From the NCBI GenBank assembly GCA_013349325.1, contig DUZX01000002.1, forward strand, positions 107,987-171,986: DNA of 64,000 bases. The letters run 5' to 3'. Shown here one piece after another: positions 55,861-64,000 of this stretch. Position numbers and translations under genes: made by a program. A model generated the notes under the pieces. It searched no databases. It was given only the letters and a program-made list of their open reading frames with translations, and was not told the DNA's origin. The first letter of the stretch is position 1, and each line of letters starts with the position of its first letter. The stretch comes from Desulfuromonadales bacterium. GTDB lineage: Bacteria > Desulfobacterota > Desulfuromonadia > Geobacterales > Pseudopelobacteraceae.

Positions 55861-56562
55861 TTAGTGGCTGATTGCATGCGGCGATGATCCGCCGCCATCA
55901 ATCCCCCGGTGAATCCCGACCTCTCTGCCGTCCTCCTGCCCCTGAGTGTATGCACATTTGTTAATAAAGCTACGACGGCTATGTACCGTTCGAATGGTTC
56001 CCAGTTCCTGCACGGCCTGCCTGATCAGCCCCTGTTTGACCGGTACCAGAGCGCCGGGGGTAATCGGAGTCTGCCGCTTCTGCTGCTGGAGGCGCCCGTA
56101 AATCGTGTCTACCGCCCCCAGGTAGTAGGATTGACGTAACATTTCCCGTTGACGAGCGGCTAAACTAACGGAGGAATGTTGCTTCATATACGAACCGCAG
56201 AGTCGGCGAATCGTTGTATCCAGATAGAAAAAGGTATAGGCGGCGATCTGGACGTCGGCGCCGACGCCGATAAAGGTCATCTTGCCGGCGGTGGGATTAT
56301 GGATGGCCTGGCAATCAAAGGCGTCACAGACTCCGGCTGAAAGGTGGCGGACCCATTTCGGCAGCGTTTTGGCAACAGCTGTTTCAATCTGATCGGCCTT
56401 ATCCGGTCGGTTTGATGCATCAATATCGGCCAACGCCAGGTTGTGTTCCGATAACAATCTCTGGACATGCGAGGCCGCCAAAGCGGCTTCATGCTCATTG
56501 CTGGACGCTGAAAGTGCCAGTAATTTTTTGATTTTCTCGATAATCGGTGCTTGGGGATTCAT
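55861..56562 (-). CDS. DUF2786-like protein
   Basis: 233 aa. The N-terminus IIEKIKKLLALSASSNEHEAALAASHVQRLLSEHNL matches the DUF2786 pattern I recall from phage, plasmid and ICE contexts. Confidence 0.6.
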   Translation of the reverse strand: MNPQAPIIEKIKKLLALSASSNEHEAALAASHVQRLLSEHNLALADIDASNRPDKADQIETAVAKTLPKWVRHLSAGVCDAFDCQAIHNPTAGKMTFIGVGADVQIAAYTFFYLDTTIRRLCGSYMKQHSSVSLAARQREMLRQSYYLGAVDTIYGRLQQQKRQTPITPGALVPVKQGLIRQAVQELGTIRTVHSRRSFINKCAYTQGQEDGREVGIHRGIDGGGSSPHAISH

Positions 56563-56590
56563 ACCATGTACTCCGGAATGTTTTCATTAT

Positions 56591-57541
56591 TTAGTTTCGC
56601 CAACTACGACAGCGGGCTTCAGCCTGGTCAGTTTCTATTTCACTGAGGATCTGCAGATAGAGCTCATAACGCGCCGACAGGATCAACCCCTGCTCGACGC
56701 CGCTCAGTATGGCGCAGCCCGGTTCAGTGCGGTGTCGGCAGTTACGGAAACGGCAGCTCAGATCACCATGCTCCTCGAAGCCGGGAAAGTAGAGCGCCAG
56801 GTCCTCCACGGTACTATCCACCAGTCCGAAATCGCGGAAGCCGGGGGTGTCGACCAGCTCGCCCCCTCCCGACAGGGCGTGCAGCGTGGAAACCGTCGTG
56901 GTGTGGCGCCCCTGGCTCTTGTACTCACTGAGTGCTCCTACTTTAAGGTTAATGTCGGGACACAAGGCGTTCAGCAGGGAGCTCTTGCCGACCCCGGTCG
57001 TACCGACAAAAGCGCCGCGATGCCCCTGACTCAGGAAAGCTCGCAGCGGATCCAGGCCGATCGATTCGGTTGCACTGAGCGGAAACAGCGGCAGCGAACT
57101 GCCGTACGTAACCTGTAAGGCTCCAAGCAAAGCGCTGGTATCATCCAGATCACATTTATTGACCACGACAAAGGGTTGCAATCCGGCTACGCGGGCGGCG
57201 ACAATGGCCCGGTCCAGAAAACCGCCTGGCGAAAGTGGAGCAACCACAATTCCGAGTACATCCAGATTGGCAGCAACCAGATGGATGCCCCCGCGGGCAT
57301 CCCGTCGGCGCAGTTCCGTCCTGCGTGGCAGTCGTTTCAGCACTTCACCCGCAACAGTGACGTTGTCGCCGACCACATGCTCGGAATTGCGCTTGACCCG
57401 CACCATACGGCGTTTGCCGCTCTCAAACAACACCTCGACCGAAATCCCGTGGTGGGCAACAATCAAACCGACCGGCGCTTGATCGCTCTGCAAATGGTAT
57501 TGGTGGCCGGCACGAGGCTCTGATTCAGTTTTCATCATCAT
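56591..57541 (-). CDS. rsgA: Ribosome small-subunit biogenesis GTPase RsgA
   Basis: It has circularly permuted GTPase motifs (VVNKCDL, GTTGVGKSSLLNAL, DTPGF) and a C-terminal zinc knuckle CRFRNCRHRTEPGC. Confidence 0.9.
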   Translation of the reverse strand: MMMKTESEPRAGHQYHLQSDQAPVGLIVAHHGISVEVLFESGKRRMVRVKRNSEHVVGDNVTVAGEVLKRLPRRTELRRRDARGGIHLVAANLDVLGIVVAPLSPGGFLDRAIVAARVAGLQPFVVVNKCDLDDTSALLGALQVTYGSSLPLFPLSATESIGLDPLRAFLSQGHRGAFVGTTGVGKSSLLNALCPDINLKVGALSEYKSQGRHTTTVSTLHALSGGGELVDTPGFRDFGLVDSTVEDLALYFPGFEEHGDLSCRFRNCRHRTEPGCAILSGVEQGLILSARYELYLQILSEIETDQAEARCRSWRN

Positions 57542-57572
57542 GGAATTTTATTCGTGGATGGGGTGGATTTTA

Positions 57573-59174
57573 TCAATAGCGATAGCGTACTTCAAACTTC
57601 AGAAACTGATTCGTCTGCCCAGCGCCATTCACAAGATTCAGGTTGCTAACCTTCTCGATACCGTAGCCCAGTTGTCCATCGATGGCGCCATACAGCGGCA
57701 GGTCCCAGAAAATCCGTCCGGCATGTTTTCGTTCGATCGCCTGATCGCCAACTCGATCCACCATGCCACGGGTAGTGTTGATATATTCGAGCGCCAGATT
57801 ATTACGCGCCGTGAACCAGTGGCTGCCCCGGAAGAAAAAATCCTGCGTAGCTCCCCCCTGCGAATGGCCGATTGGCATGCCTTTGTAGATGTACCCTCCC
57901 GGAAAGGTGCTGTGAGTGTACAATATCTGATTGCCCTGAAAGAACTCGAAACGGAAGTCATTGCGACCGTCATCCGTCAGGCGAGGAATGTACAGACCGG
58001 CAACGTAGCTTTCGACGATCGGCCAGAATAAAGCCGTATCTTCACCTGAAAATTCACCATACAGCTCACTGTTGCGCAACCAGGGCAGTCGGTAGCGGGC
58101 TTCAAATCCGGCCAGGCCGTTGGAATTATCACTGTTTGTCCCGCCAATCAGACCGCGCAGGGTGTCGCCGATGCTGTTTTTAACGCCCACACCACCCATC
58201 TGACGCCCCAGATTAAAACCGATTTCCAGATTTTCGGTCGGTTTTACCGACAGTTTGACAGCATAAAACCAGGGTTGCCGCTCGGCTGCATCAACTATCG
58301 TTTTCTCAAATTGAGATGCGATGATAGCGTACTTCATGCTGCCGATGTATGGAACACTGAACGGTTCAGGACTGGAAAGTTTGACCTGAGAGAAATTTTC
58401 AGCGTTGTTGGTCAGGGAGATGTTGCCGCGATACCCTAAGCCGAGCCAGTTTTCATCTTTACCCACCTCAAGCTCAAGCGAACCGCCACCGAGCTTCAGG
58501 TAGCCACGGTTAAGATGCATCCGGCTACTGCCGCTGTGTGCCAGCAGATACGGCTCCAGCAGAGCGGAACCCCACCTGCCGAAAAAAAAATCAGATCCCC
58601 AGCGCAGTTCACCCGTCAAGCCTGACCCGTACACGACCCCATTATTATTCTCGAACAGCGGAGTCCCCTCACCTCCGCGTTGCATCGCCACGGCGTCAGG
58701 AGCATTTTTTGGGCGCAAACCGGAACCAATACCGAAGACTCCATCATTTCCCGGATCGTGAACCGGTCGATGATAATCACGCGCCACTCCATCAAGCCAC
58801 ACCGTACGAAAACGGAGCGATGAGATCGGGTTTACATCCATCGGCACAAGTTTCTTATCGGGGTTCTCTCTCTGCGACATCTCACGTGGGATCTGTTCGC
58901 GTACTCTTTTGATAAGCTCATCCACAAAGCGGCTGTTTTGTGTGTTGTCTGCGGCACGATTTGTTTCAGCCTCAAAAAGGAGTCGGGCAGCCTCGGCCCT
59001 GCTAAACGGTCTGATACCTTGAATATCACTGGTGATCAAACCTAATCCGGCCAGTATGTTAAGATCTCTGTATATCGGGGAGTCGAGTGGGATGTTGGCG
59101 GAGGAGAGGGCGTACACAGGTACAGCAGAGAACAGCAGCGCACAGATGAGGGAGAACGTGCAGAGAGACTTCAA
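57573..59174 (-). CDS. Outer-membrane capsule-assembly Wzi-like beta-barrel protein
   Basis: 533 aa with a signal peptide. The N-terminal SPIYRDLNILAGLGLI motif is typical of Wzi. It ends in an aromatic residue (RYRY). It has a 4-nt overlap with the capD-like gene. Confidence 0.65.
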   Translation of the reverse strand: MKSLCTFSLICALLFSAVPVYALSSANIPLDSPIYRDLNILAGLGLITSDIQGIRPFSRAEAARLLFEAETNRAADNTQNSRFVDELIKRVREQIPREMSQRENPDKKLVPMDVNPISSLRFRTVWLDGVARDYHRPVHDPGNDGVFGIGSGLRPKNAPDAVAMQRGGEGTPLFENNNGVVYGSGLTGELRWGSDFFFGRWGSALLEPYLLAHSGSSRMHLNRGYLKLGGGSLELEVGKDENWLGLGYRGNISLTNNAENFSQVKLSSPEPFSVPYIGSMKYAIIASQFEKTIVDAAERQPWFYAVKLSVKPTENLEIGFNLGRQMGGVGVKNSIGDTLRGLIGGTNSDNSNGLAGFEARYRLPWLRNSELYGEFSGEDTALFWPIVESYVAGLYIPRLTDDGRNDFRFEFFQGNQILYTHSTFPGGYIYKGMPIGHSQGGATQDFFFRGSHWFTARNNLALEYINTTRGMVDRVGDQAIERKHAGRIFWDLPLYGAIDGQLGYGIEKVSNLNLVNGAGQTNQFLKFEVRYRY

Positions 59175-61096
59175 TGTTTTCTCAGCGGTAGAACTTTGGC
59201 AGATGTGGAAGATTTGGAAAACAGATCCGGGCGGACACGTTGAAATATAGTGGGTGCGTCTCCAATGAAACTGTAGGTGGGTCTGAATTCGGGAACGAGC
59301 CGTTTCAGAGACTCGATAAGATCATGAACCGAGTTTGAGCGTGCTGCCGCAAACAGAGTGTCAAGTTCACTCTTGATCGGCCCCATATCGATATGAACCG
59401 GTGCAAGCAGCTTGATCTTGTCATGGACAGTCGACAGAATCCCCTCACCGTCAATCAATAACTCTTCAAAGAGCTTTTCGCCCGGGCGGAGACCGGTAAC
59501 AACAATATCGATATCTTCGTAGGGGGTCAGGCCTGACAACCGGATCAACTCTTCAGCCAGATCGATAATCCGCACCGGATCACCCATATCAAGCACCAGA
59601 ATTTCACTGCCGGTACCGATACAACCCGCCTGCAGCACAAGTTGTGTTGCTTCGGGAATCGTCATGAAGTAGCGGATTATACGTTTGTCGGTGACTGTAA
59701 CCGGGCCACCTTTGGCAATTTGCTCCTTGAAGAGCGGAATTACGCTGCCGTTGCTTCCCAGTACGTTGCCAAAACGAACCGTCGTAAACTTGGTGCTGCT
59801 GGTACGCGACAAGGCCTGGATATACATCTCGGCCGCCCTTTTGGTAGCCCCCATGACATTCGTGGGGTTAACCGCCTTATCAGTAGAAATCATCACCAGA
59901 TTATGCACCTTGAACGTATGGGCGGCATCGGCAATATTGCGCGATCCGAATACGTTGTTCAGGACCGCCTGAGAGGGGTTATATTCCATCATCGGTACAT
60001 GTTTGTAGGCAGCGGCATGAAAGACAACTTCAGGTGCAAATTCTTTGAATGCCTGCATGACCAGGTCACGGTCACGTACATCAACAACTAAGGGCAAAAT
60101 GCGCTCATCAGGAAAGCGGGCCATCAGCTCTTTTTCGATTTCGTAGAGCGGTGTTTCGGCCTGATCGAGAAGGATCAGCTTCTGAGGGTTAAACAGGGCG
60201 ATCTGGCGGCTGATTTCACTGCCGATGCTACCACCCGCTCCGGTAACCAGTACCCGCTTACCACTCAGATAGGCGCCGATCAATGCACGATCCAATTGGA
60301 CCGGTTCGCGACCTAGCAGATCCTCAATCTCGACGTTCTTTATCTGGGATACGGTCAAAGTTCCGTCAATCAGTTCGCCGATACTGGGTAATGTTTTGAA
60401 CGTAACGCTGGCATTCTTGCACAGGTCCATAATTCCTTTGATCGTTTTACCGTCAGCCGAAGGCATGGCAATGATCACATCTTCGATATCGTTGTCTACA
60501 ATAATGGACTTCAGCTGTTTTGTGGCCCCCAGGACGGGAAGTCCATGCAGTTTCATCCCTTTTTTTTCATAATCATCATCGACAAAACCGCAGACATTGT
60601 AAGCTGAATGCGGTTGGCGCCAGATCTCCTTGATAAGCATGCTGCCCGCTTCACCGGCGCCGACTATCAATGTTCGTGGCCCTTCGGAGCTTCTGCTGAC
60701 GATGTACGTTTCCCTCCAGAATCGCCATACCAGGCGGCTTGCTGCCATAAAGGCAAAAAGAAGAAACCAGTCAAGAACAAATATTGAACGGGGAATAGGT
60801 GAAAATTGCCGGAGAAAGAAAACGGCGGAAACAGCAAGAATTGAAGAAAGAGTAACACTCTTAAAGATTTCCACCGCGTCCTGAATTGAAGCATAGCGCC
60901 ATAGATTGGTGTGAAGCCCGGTGACTAAAAAGACCAGAGGCTTGACGATCATGACGACGAGAAGACATTCCCAGAATAGTTCTTGCTGTTGTTGTGGAAT
61001 CGAAAAATCGAACCGAAGCAGAAATGCCAGGCAGAGGGCAATGCTTATAAGGAGGGTATCTGAGAGAAAAACAAACAGGCGACGTTTTGTGAGCAT
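59171..61096 (-). CDS. Polysaccharide biosynthesis protein CapD/WbpM/PglF-type (membrane-anchored NDP-sugar 4,6-dehydratase/epimerase)
   Basis: 641 aa with 4 N-terminal TM segments, two Rossmann motifs (LIVGAGEAGS and VTGAGGSIGSE), and the SDR catalytic context. Confidence 0.85.
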   Translation of the reverse strand: MLTKRRLFVFLSDTLLISIALCLAFLLRFDFSIPQQQQELFWECLLVVMIVKPLVFLVTGLHTNLWRYASIQDAVEIFKSVTLSSILAVSAVFFLRQFSPIPRSIFVLDWFLLFAFMAASRLVWRFWRETYIVSRSSEGPRTLIVGAGEAGSMLIKEIWRQPHSAYNVCGFVDDDYEKKGMKLHGLPVLGATKQLKSIIVDNDIEDVIIAMPSADGKTIKGIMDLCKNASVTFKTLPSIGELIDGTLTVSQIKNVEIEDLLGREPVQLDRALIGAYLSGKRVLVTGAGGSIGSEISRQIALFNPQKLILLDQAETPLYEIEKELMARFPDERILPLVVDVRDRDLVMQAFKEFAPEVVFHAAAYKHVPMMEYNPSQAVLNNVFGSRNIADAAHTFKVHNLVMISTDKAVNPTNVMGATKRAAEMYIQALSRTSSTKFTTVRFGNVLGSNGSVIPLFKEQIAKGGPVTVTDKRIIRYFMTIPEATQLVLQAGCIGTGSEILVLDMGDPVRIIDLAEELIRLSGLTPYEDIDIVVTGLRPGEKLFEELLIDGEGILSTVHDKIKLLAPVHIDMGPIKSELDTLFAAARSNSVHDLIESLKRLVPEFRPTYSFIGDAPTIFQRVRPDLFSKSSTSAKVLPLRKH

Positions 61097-61188
61097 ACCT
61101 ACGTAGTCCCAGGATTCAATATACTAACGAGAGATTTTAAAATTTGGGAATACTACGACTAATCTTTAGTTCAAAGCAATAAAAAAAA

Positions 61189-61749
61189 TCAATGCGTTAC
61201 CCCTTCTTTTTTTATCACCTTGATAAAAGTCAGCATAATTATTTTTAAATCCAGCTTACATGAGTGGTGCTTTAGATACCACTCATCGTATTCAACCTTC
61301 ATAGGTATCGGTAGCTCATCACGGCCATTGATCTGTGCCCACCCCGTCAAGCCGGGAGTCAGCACATGAACACCTTTTTCTGTTCGCAAGGCAATCAGAT
61401 CATCTTGATTGAAGAGTGCCGGACGTGGCCCAACAATGCTCATGTCTCCGTTGATAATGCTCCACAGCTGGGGAAGTTCATCCAGGCTTGATTTGCGCAG
61501 GAACTTGCCGACCGGGGTCAGCCATTGGTCGGGATTTCCTAGCAAGTGAGTGGCAACTGCCGGTGTATCGGTGCGCATGGTTCGGAACTTGGGCATTTTG
61601 AAGATAATATTGTCTTTACCAACACGGTCAGACCAGTAGAGGGTTGGCCCCTGTGACGTCAGCTTAACCGCAAGGGCAGTGATCAGCATTGGAATGGAGA
61701 GGAAAATAAAAGCTGTGAATGAACTAAATAAGTCAAAAAAACGTTTCAA
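61189..61749 (-). CDS. Undecaprenyl-phosphate sugar phosphotransferase (small WbaP/PglC-type bacterial sugar transferase)
   Basis: 186 aa: MKRFFDLFSSF...LTSQGPTLYWSDRVGK...FKMPKFRTM...DELPQLWSIINGDMSIVGPRP. Confidence 0.85.
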   Translation of the reverse strand: MKRFFDLFSSFTAFIFLSIPMLITALAVKLTSQGPTLYWSDRVGKDNIIFKMPKFRTMRTDTPAVATHLLGNPDQWLTPVGKFLRKSSLDELPQLWSIINGDMSIVGPRPALFNQDDLIALRTEKGVHVLTPGLTGWAQINGRDELPIPMKVEYDEWYLKHHSCKLDLKIIMLTFIKVIKKEGVTH

Positions 61750-61804
61750 ATTGACACCTCAGATTTGACAACAAAATCACCGCCGTTGAATAGCAGTATC
61801 CTGT

Positions 61805-62971
61805 TTATATCACTATTCCGACTTGTTCAGCTAACGCCTCTAGAGGTATTGCCTCAATATCAGACGCAATCCGGTAGCGCTCAACACCAGGATACACTAC
61901 AAACTTTTTAGCCGGTTTCAAATCATCACAGGCTGCATAGAAGCCACGCTCAAGCTTCGGGCTAAGACTGCGTTTAACCTCCACAGCCCACAGGCTGCCA
62001 TCCGGCCATAACAATAACAAGTCAATTTCAGCGCCGCCACCTGTTCGGTAGAAATAACCCTGGACTTGCCCCATTCCGGCAGCAAGCAGGTTTTCAATCA
62101 CAAAGCACACCCAGCTTTGCCCGACCACGGGGTGAGCAAGCAAGCTTTCCTTGTCTTGAATAGCAAGCAAAGCGTGCACAAGCCCACTATCGCGCACATA
62201 CAGCTTGGGAGATTTTACCAGTCGCTTTCCGATATTGGCATGCCAAGGGTGGAGACGGCGAACCAGCATCAAGTCAATAAGGAGATCAATGTAGCCGTTG
62301 ATTGTTTTAACATCAACACCGAGGTTACGTGAGAATTGAGCCGTATTCAGAAGTCCGCCTTGATTGTGGGCCAACATGACCCAAAAACGACGTAAAGTTT
62401 CAGCAGCAATTCGTGGACCAAACTGCGGGATGTCTCGTTCAAGGTAGGTACGAATAAAATCCTGTCTCCAGCGCAGACTTTGCCGAGAGTCGGACGCAAG
62501 CAAACTTTCCGGGAAGCCACCCGCTACCCACAGGGTATCAGATGGCAACTCGCCGATTTCCAATATATGAAAAGGAGCTAGCTCAAGATAGGCAATACGT
62601 CCCGCTAATGTTTCGCCGGACTGTTTGAGAAGATCAAGTGAAGCAGAACCCAGCAGCAGGTAGCGTCCGGTTCGTAGCCCGTCCCGGCGCCCCTTATCAA
62701 TAAGACCTCTCAGAATCGGGAACAAGCCGGGGAGACGATGTACCTCATCGATAATGACCAGTCTATCCTGATGATCGGCAAGATACAGCTCCGGCTGAGC
62801 AAGTTTGGCCAGATCCTGCTCGGATTCAAGGTCGAGATAGAGAGCATTGAAGGTTTGGCCAATCTCAAGAGCAAGAGTAGTCTTGCCAACCTGACGAGGC
62901 CCAATCAGAGCAACTGCTGGAGAGTGAGAAAGTGCTTCAGATAGCTTTGGGTAGAGCAGACGGGATATCAT
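61805..62971 (-). CDS. AAA-family ATPase (AAA_14 plus DUF4143-type)
   Basis: 388 aa with Walker A GPRQVGKTT and Walker B LVIIDEVH. The C-terminal region resembles DUF4143. Confidence 0.75.
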   Translation of the reverse strand: MISRLLYPKLSEALSHSPAVALIGPRQVGKTTLALEIGQTFNALYLDLESEQDLAKLAQPELYLADHQDRLVIIDEVHRLPGLFPILRGLIDKGRRDGLRTGRYLLLGSASLDLLKQSGETLAGRIAYLELAPFHILEIGELPSDTLWVAGGFPESLLASDSRQSLRWRQDFIRTYLERDIPQFGPRIAAETLRRFWVMLAHNQGGLLNTAQFSRNLGVDVKTINGYIDLLIDLMLVRRLHPWHANIGKRLVKSPKLYVRDSGLVHALLAIQDKESLLAHPVVGQSWVCFVIENLLAAGMGQVQGYFYRTGGGAEIDLLLLWPDGSLWAVEVKRSLSPKLERGFYAACDDLKPAKKFVVYPGVERYRIASDIEAIPLEALAEQVGIVI

Positions 62972-63106
62972 ATATGCAATACTGGAGTATCACTACCTTA
63001 TTTGCAAGGATAAATTGGTTTCGATTTTGAATTTTGAATTATGTTACGTTTCTTTTCTTGCCACAGACATAAACGGACAACAGCAGAACAAAATCTGGTT
63101 CATTGG

Positions 63107-63205
63107 TTATGACGTTAGCTTGATCGCCAAGGCAGTGAACATCATCGGAATAGCAAGAATAATCATTGCAAAGCATGAGCAAACGAAATCGAAGAACCGT
63201 TTCAT
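63107..63205 (-). pseudogene. Truncated N-terminal fragment of a second sugar-transferase gene (32 codons plus stop)
   Basis: My own translation is MKRFFDFVCSCFAMIILAIPMMFTALAIKLTS*. This aligns with the N-terminus of the 61189..61749 product (MKRFFDLFSSFTAFIFLSIPMLITALAVKLTSQGP...). It is too short to appear in the ORF track. Confidence 0.65.
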
Positions 63206-63259
63206 ATTTTCTCTTTTGGAGACAGCAGAATTTTAACCTCTTACCAGGATTTTTAATAA

Positions 63260-64000
63260 CTATAATGCACTATAATTATTATTATTTTCTTGAATCAGCT
63301 CTTGCATCCAAACTTCTAACCTATTTAGCAGTTTATCCCTGTCAAAGTTCTCTTCACAATAGTCCTTTCCATTTTTCCCCATTGCTTCCCTCTCATCCTT
63401 TGGCATGTGATACATCGTCATGATTGCGTCAGCTAACGCGTCAACATCTTCAGATGAAACAGAAAGACCTGCTCCGGATTCAATAATTAGTCGCCCCCCC
63501 TCGCCATCAAGTGCTGCTACAATTGGTCTGCCACAAGCCATGTACGATTGGATTTTTCCTGGCACAGTCAAAGCAAAAGCAGGGTCACGCTTTAAGGTAA
63601 CAAGCATAATATCTGCCTGAGCAAAGAAAGATGGCATCATCTCAGCTGGATATCGCCCTTTAAGATGAAATGAAGAAGATAGGTTACGTAACTCGACTTG
63701 TTCCTTTACCCATTCCAGGCAACGTCCATCGCCTAGAATAACCCATTGGATATCAAGATTACCCTTTAGTTTTTCTGCAACAGAGATGATGGTTTCAAAA
63801 TTTTGTGCTGATCCAATATTACCTGCAAAGACAATTCGGAATCCTTCAGGTAGGTTCTCTGGAATTATCTTTGCCATACTGTATTCCGGTTCCTGCCAAT
63901 TCGGAAAATAGTCTGGATTAGCTGATTTTGATGCTTTTGCCAGTATGCTGGTTATAAACCCTTGCGATGACATAAGTATCTTGTCACAGCCCCTATAAAT
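63260..64000 (-). CDS. Glycosyltransferase family 4 (WcaI-like); 5' end outside the window
   Basis: The frame stays open upstream of the track ATG (63973) to the window end (...IYRGCDKILMSSQGF...). The C-terminal GT-B fold pattern is IVFAGNIG...LGDG...L...PGKIQSYMACGRPIVA. Confidence 0.75.
   Translation of the reverse strand: MYRGCDKILMSSQGFITSILAKASKSANPDYFPNWQEPEYSMAKIIPENLPEGFRIVFAGNIGSAQNFETIISVAEKLKGNLDIQWVILGDGRCLEWVKEQVELRNLSSSFHLKGRYPAEMMPSFFAQADIMLVTLKRDPAFALTVPGKIQSYMACGRPIVAALDGEGGRLIIESGAGLSVSSEDVDALADAIMTMYHMPKDEREAMGKNGKDYCEENFDRDKLLNRLEVWMQELIQENNNNYSAL

Noticed and set aside
63015-63423. Plus-strand ORFs 63015..63236 and 63166..63423 in the AT-rich gap and at the end of the GT gene.
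   Set aside because: They are low-complexity AT-rich translations. The opposite strand carries the recognisable sugar-transferase fragment and the GT4 C-terminus.

Overview
The window looks like chromosomal DNA from a Desulfuromonadales/Geobacter-like deltaproteobacterium. That assignment is inferred from gene content only. Nearly all genes are on the minus strand.

- 1-4.8 kb: a Type III restriction-modification operon (mod, and res running off the left edge). It is heavily colonised by GTAG-headed REP/REPIN palindromes and carries a RAYT (HUH/Y1 transposase-like) gene between mod and res.
- 4.8-21.7 kb: one long flagellar operon with Firmicute fla/che-like order: flgB flgC fliE fliF fliG fliH fliI fliJ ylxF-like fliK flgD TIGR02530-like flgE fliL fliM fliN fliO fliP fliQ fliR flhB.
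- 21.9-31.7 kb, upstream on the same strand: an AMIN/TPR protein, a CheC/CheX-like-receiver fusion, a phosphohexomutase, a second FliK-like (T3S4) protein coupled to a free-standing FlhB-C-terminal-like protein, and an alpha-glucan phosphorylase.
- 31.8-40.3 kb: housekeeping genes (HAD hydrolase, MidA-like methyltransferase, two convergent shikimate-kinase paralogs, M48 peptidase, XRE-cupin regulator, DegP/HtrA, RluD, DCC protein).
- 40.3-48.2 kb: the 5' half of the dcw cluster (mraZ rsmH ftsL ftsI murE murF mraY), with a clear promoter and a MraZ-type operator.
- 48.3-57.5 kb: aminotransferase, GlgP, a membrane sensor with an unusual Cys/His-rich C-terminal module, an oxidoreductase, a short type IA topoisomerase convergent with a DUF2786-like gene, and rsgA.
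- 57.6-64.0 kb: a visibly AT-richer surface-polysaccharide locus (Wzi-like, CapD-like, sugar transferase, AAA ATPase, a sugar-transferase gene fragment, and a GT4 glycosyltransferase running off the right edge).

I recognised no rRNA, tRNA or CRISPR array by eye.

The items most worth follow-up are:
- the REPtron splitting mod and res, with REP sequences translated in-frame in mod and in the RAYT itself;
- the in-frame TGA between fliR and flhB, with no start codon for the conserved FlhB N-terminus;
- the paralogous FliK-like/FlhB-CC pair;
- the sensor with the PICxxCKKIRDD...SHGICPxC module.

All homology statements come from motif recognition by eye. No database searches were run.
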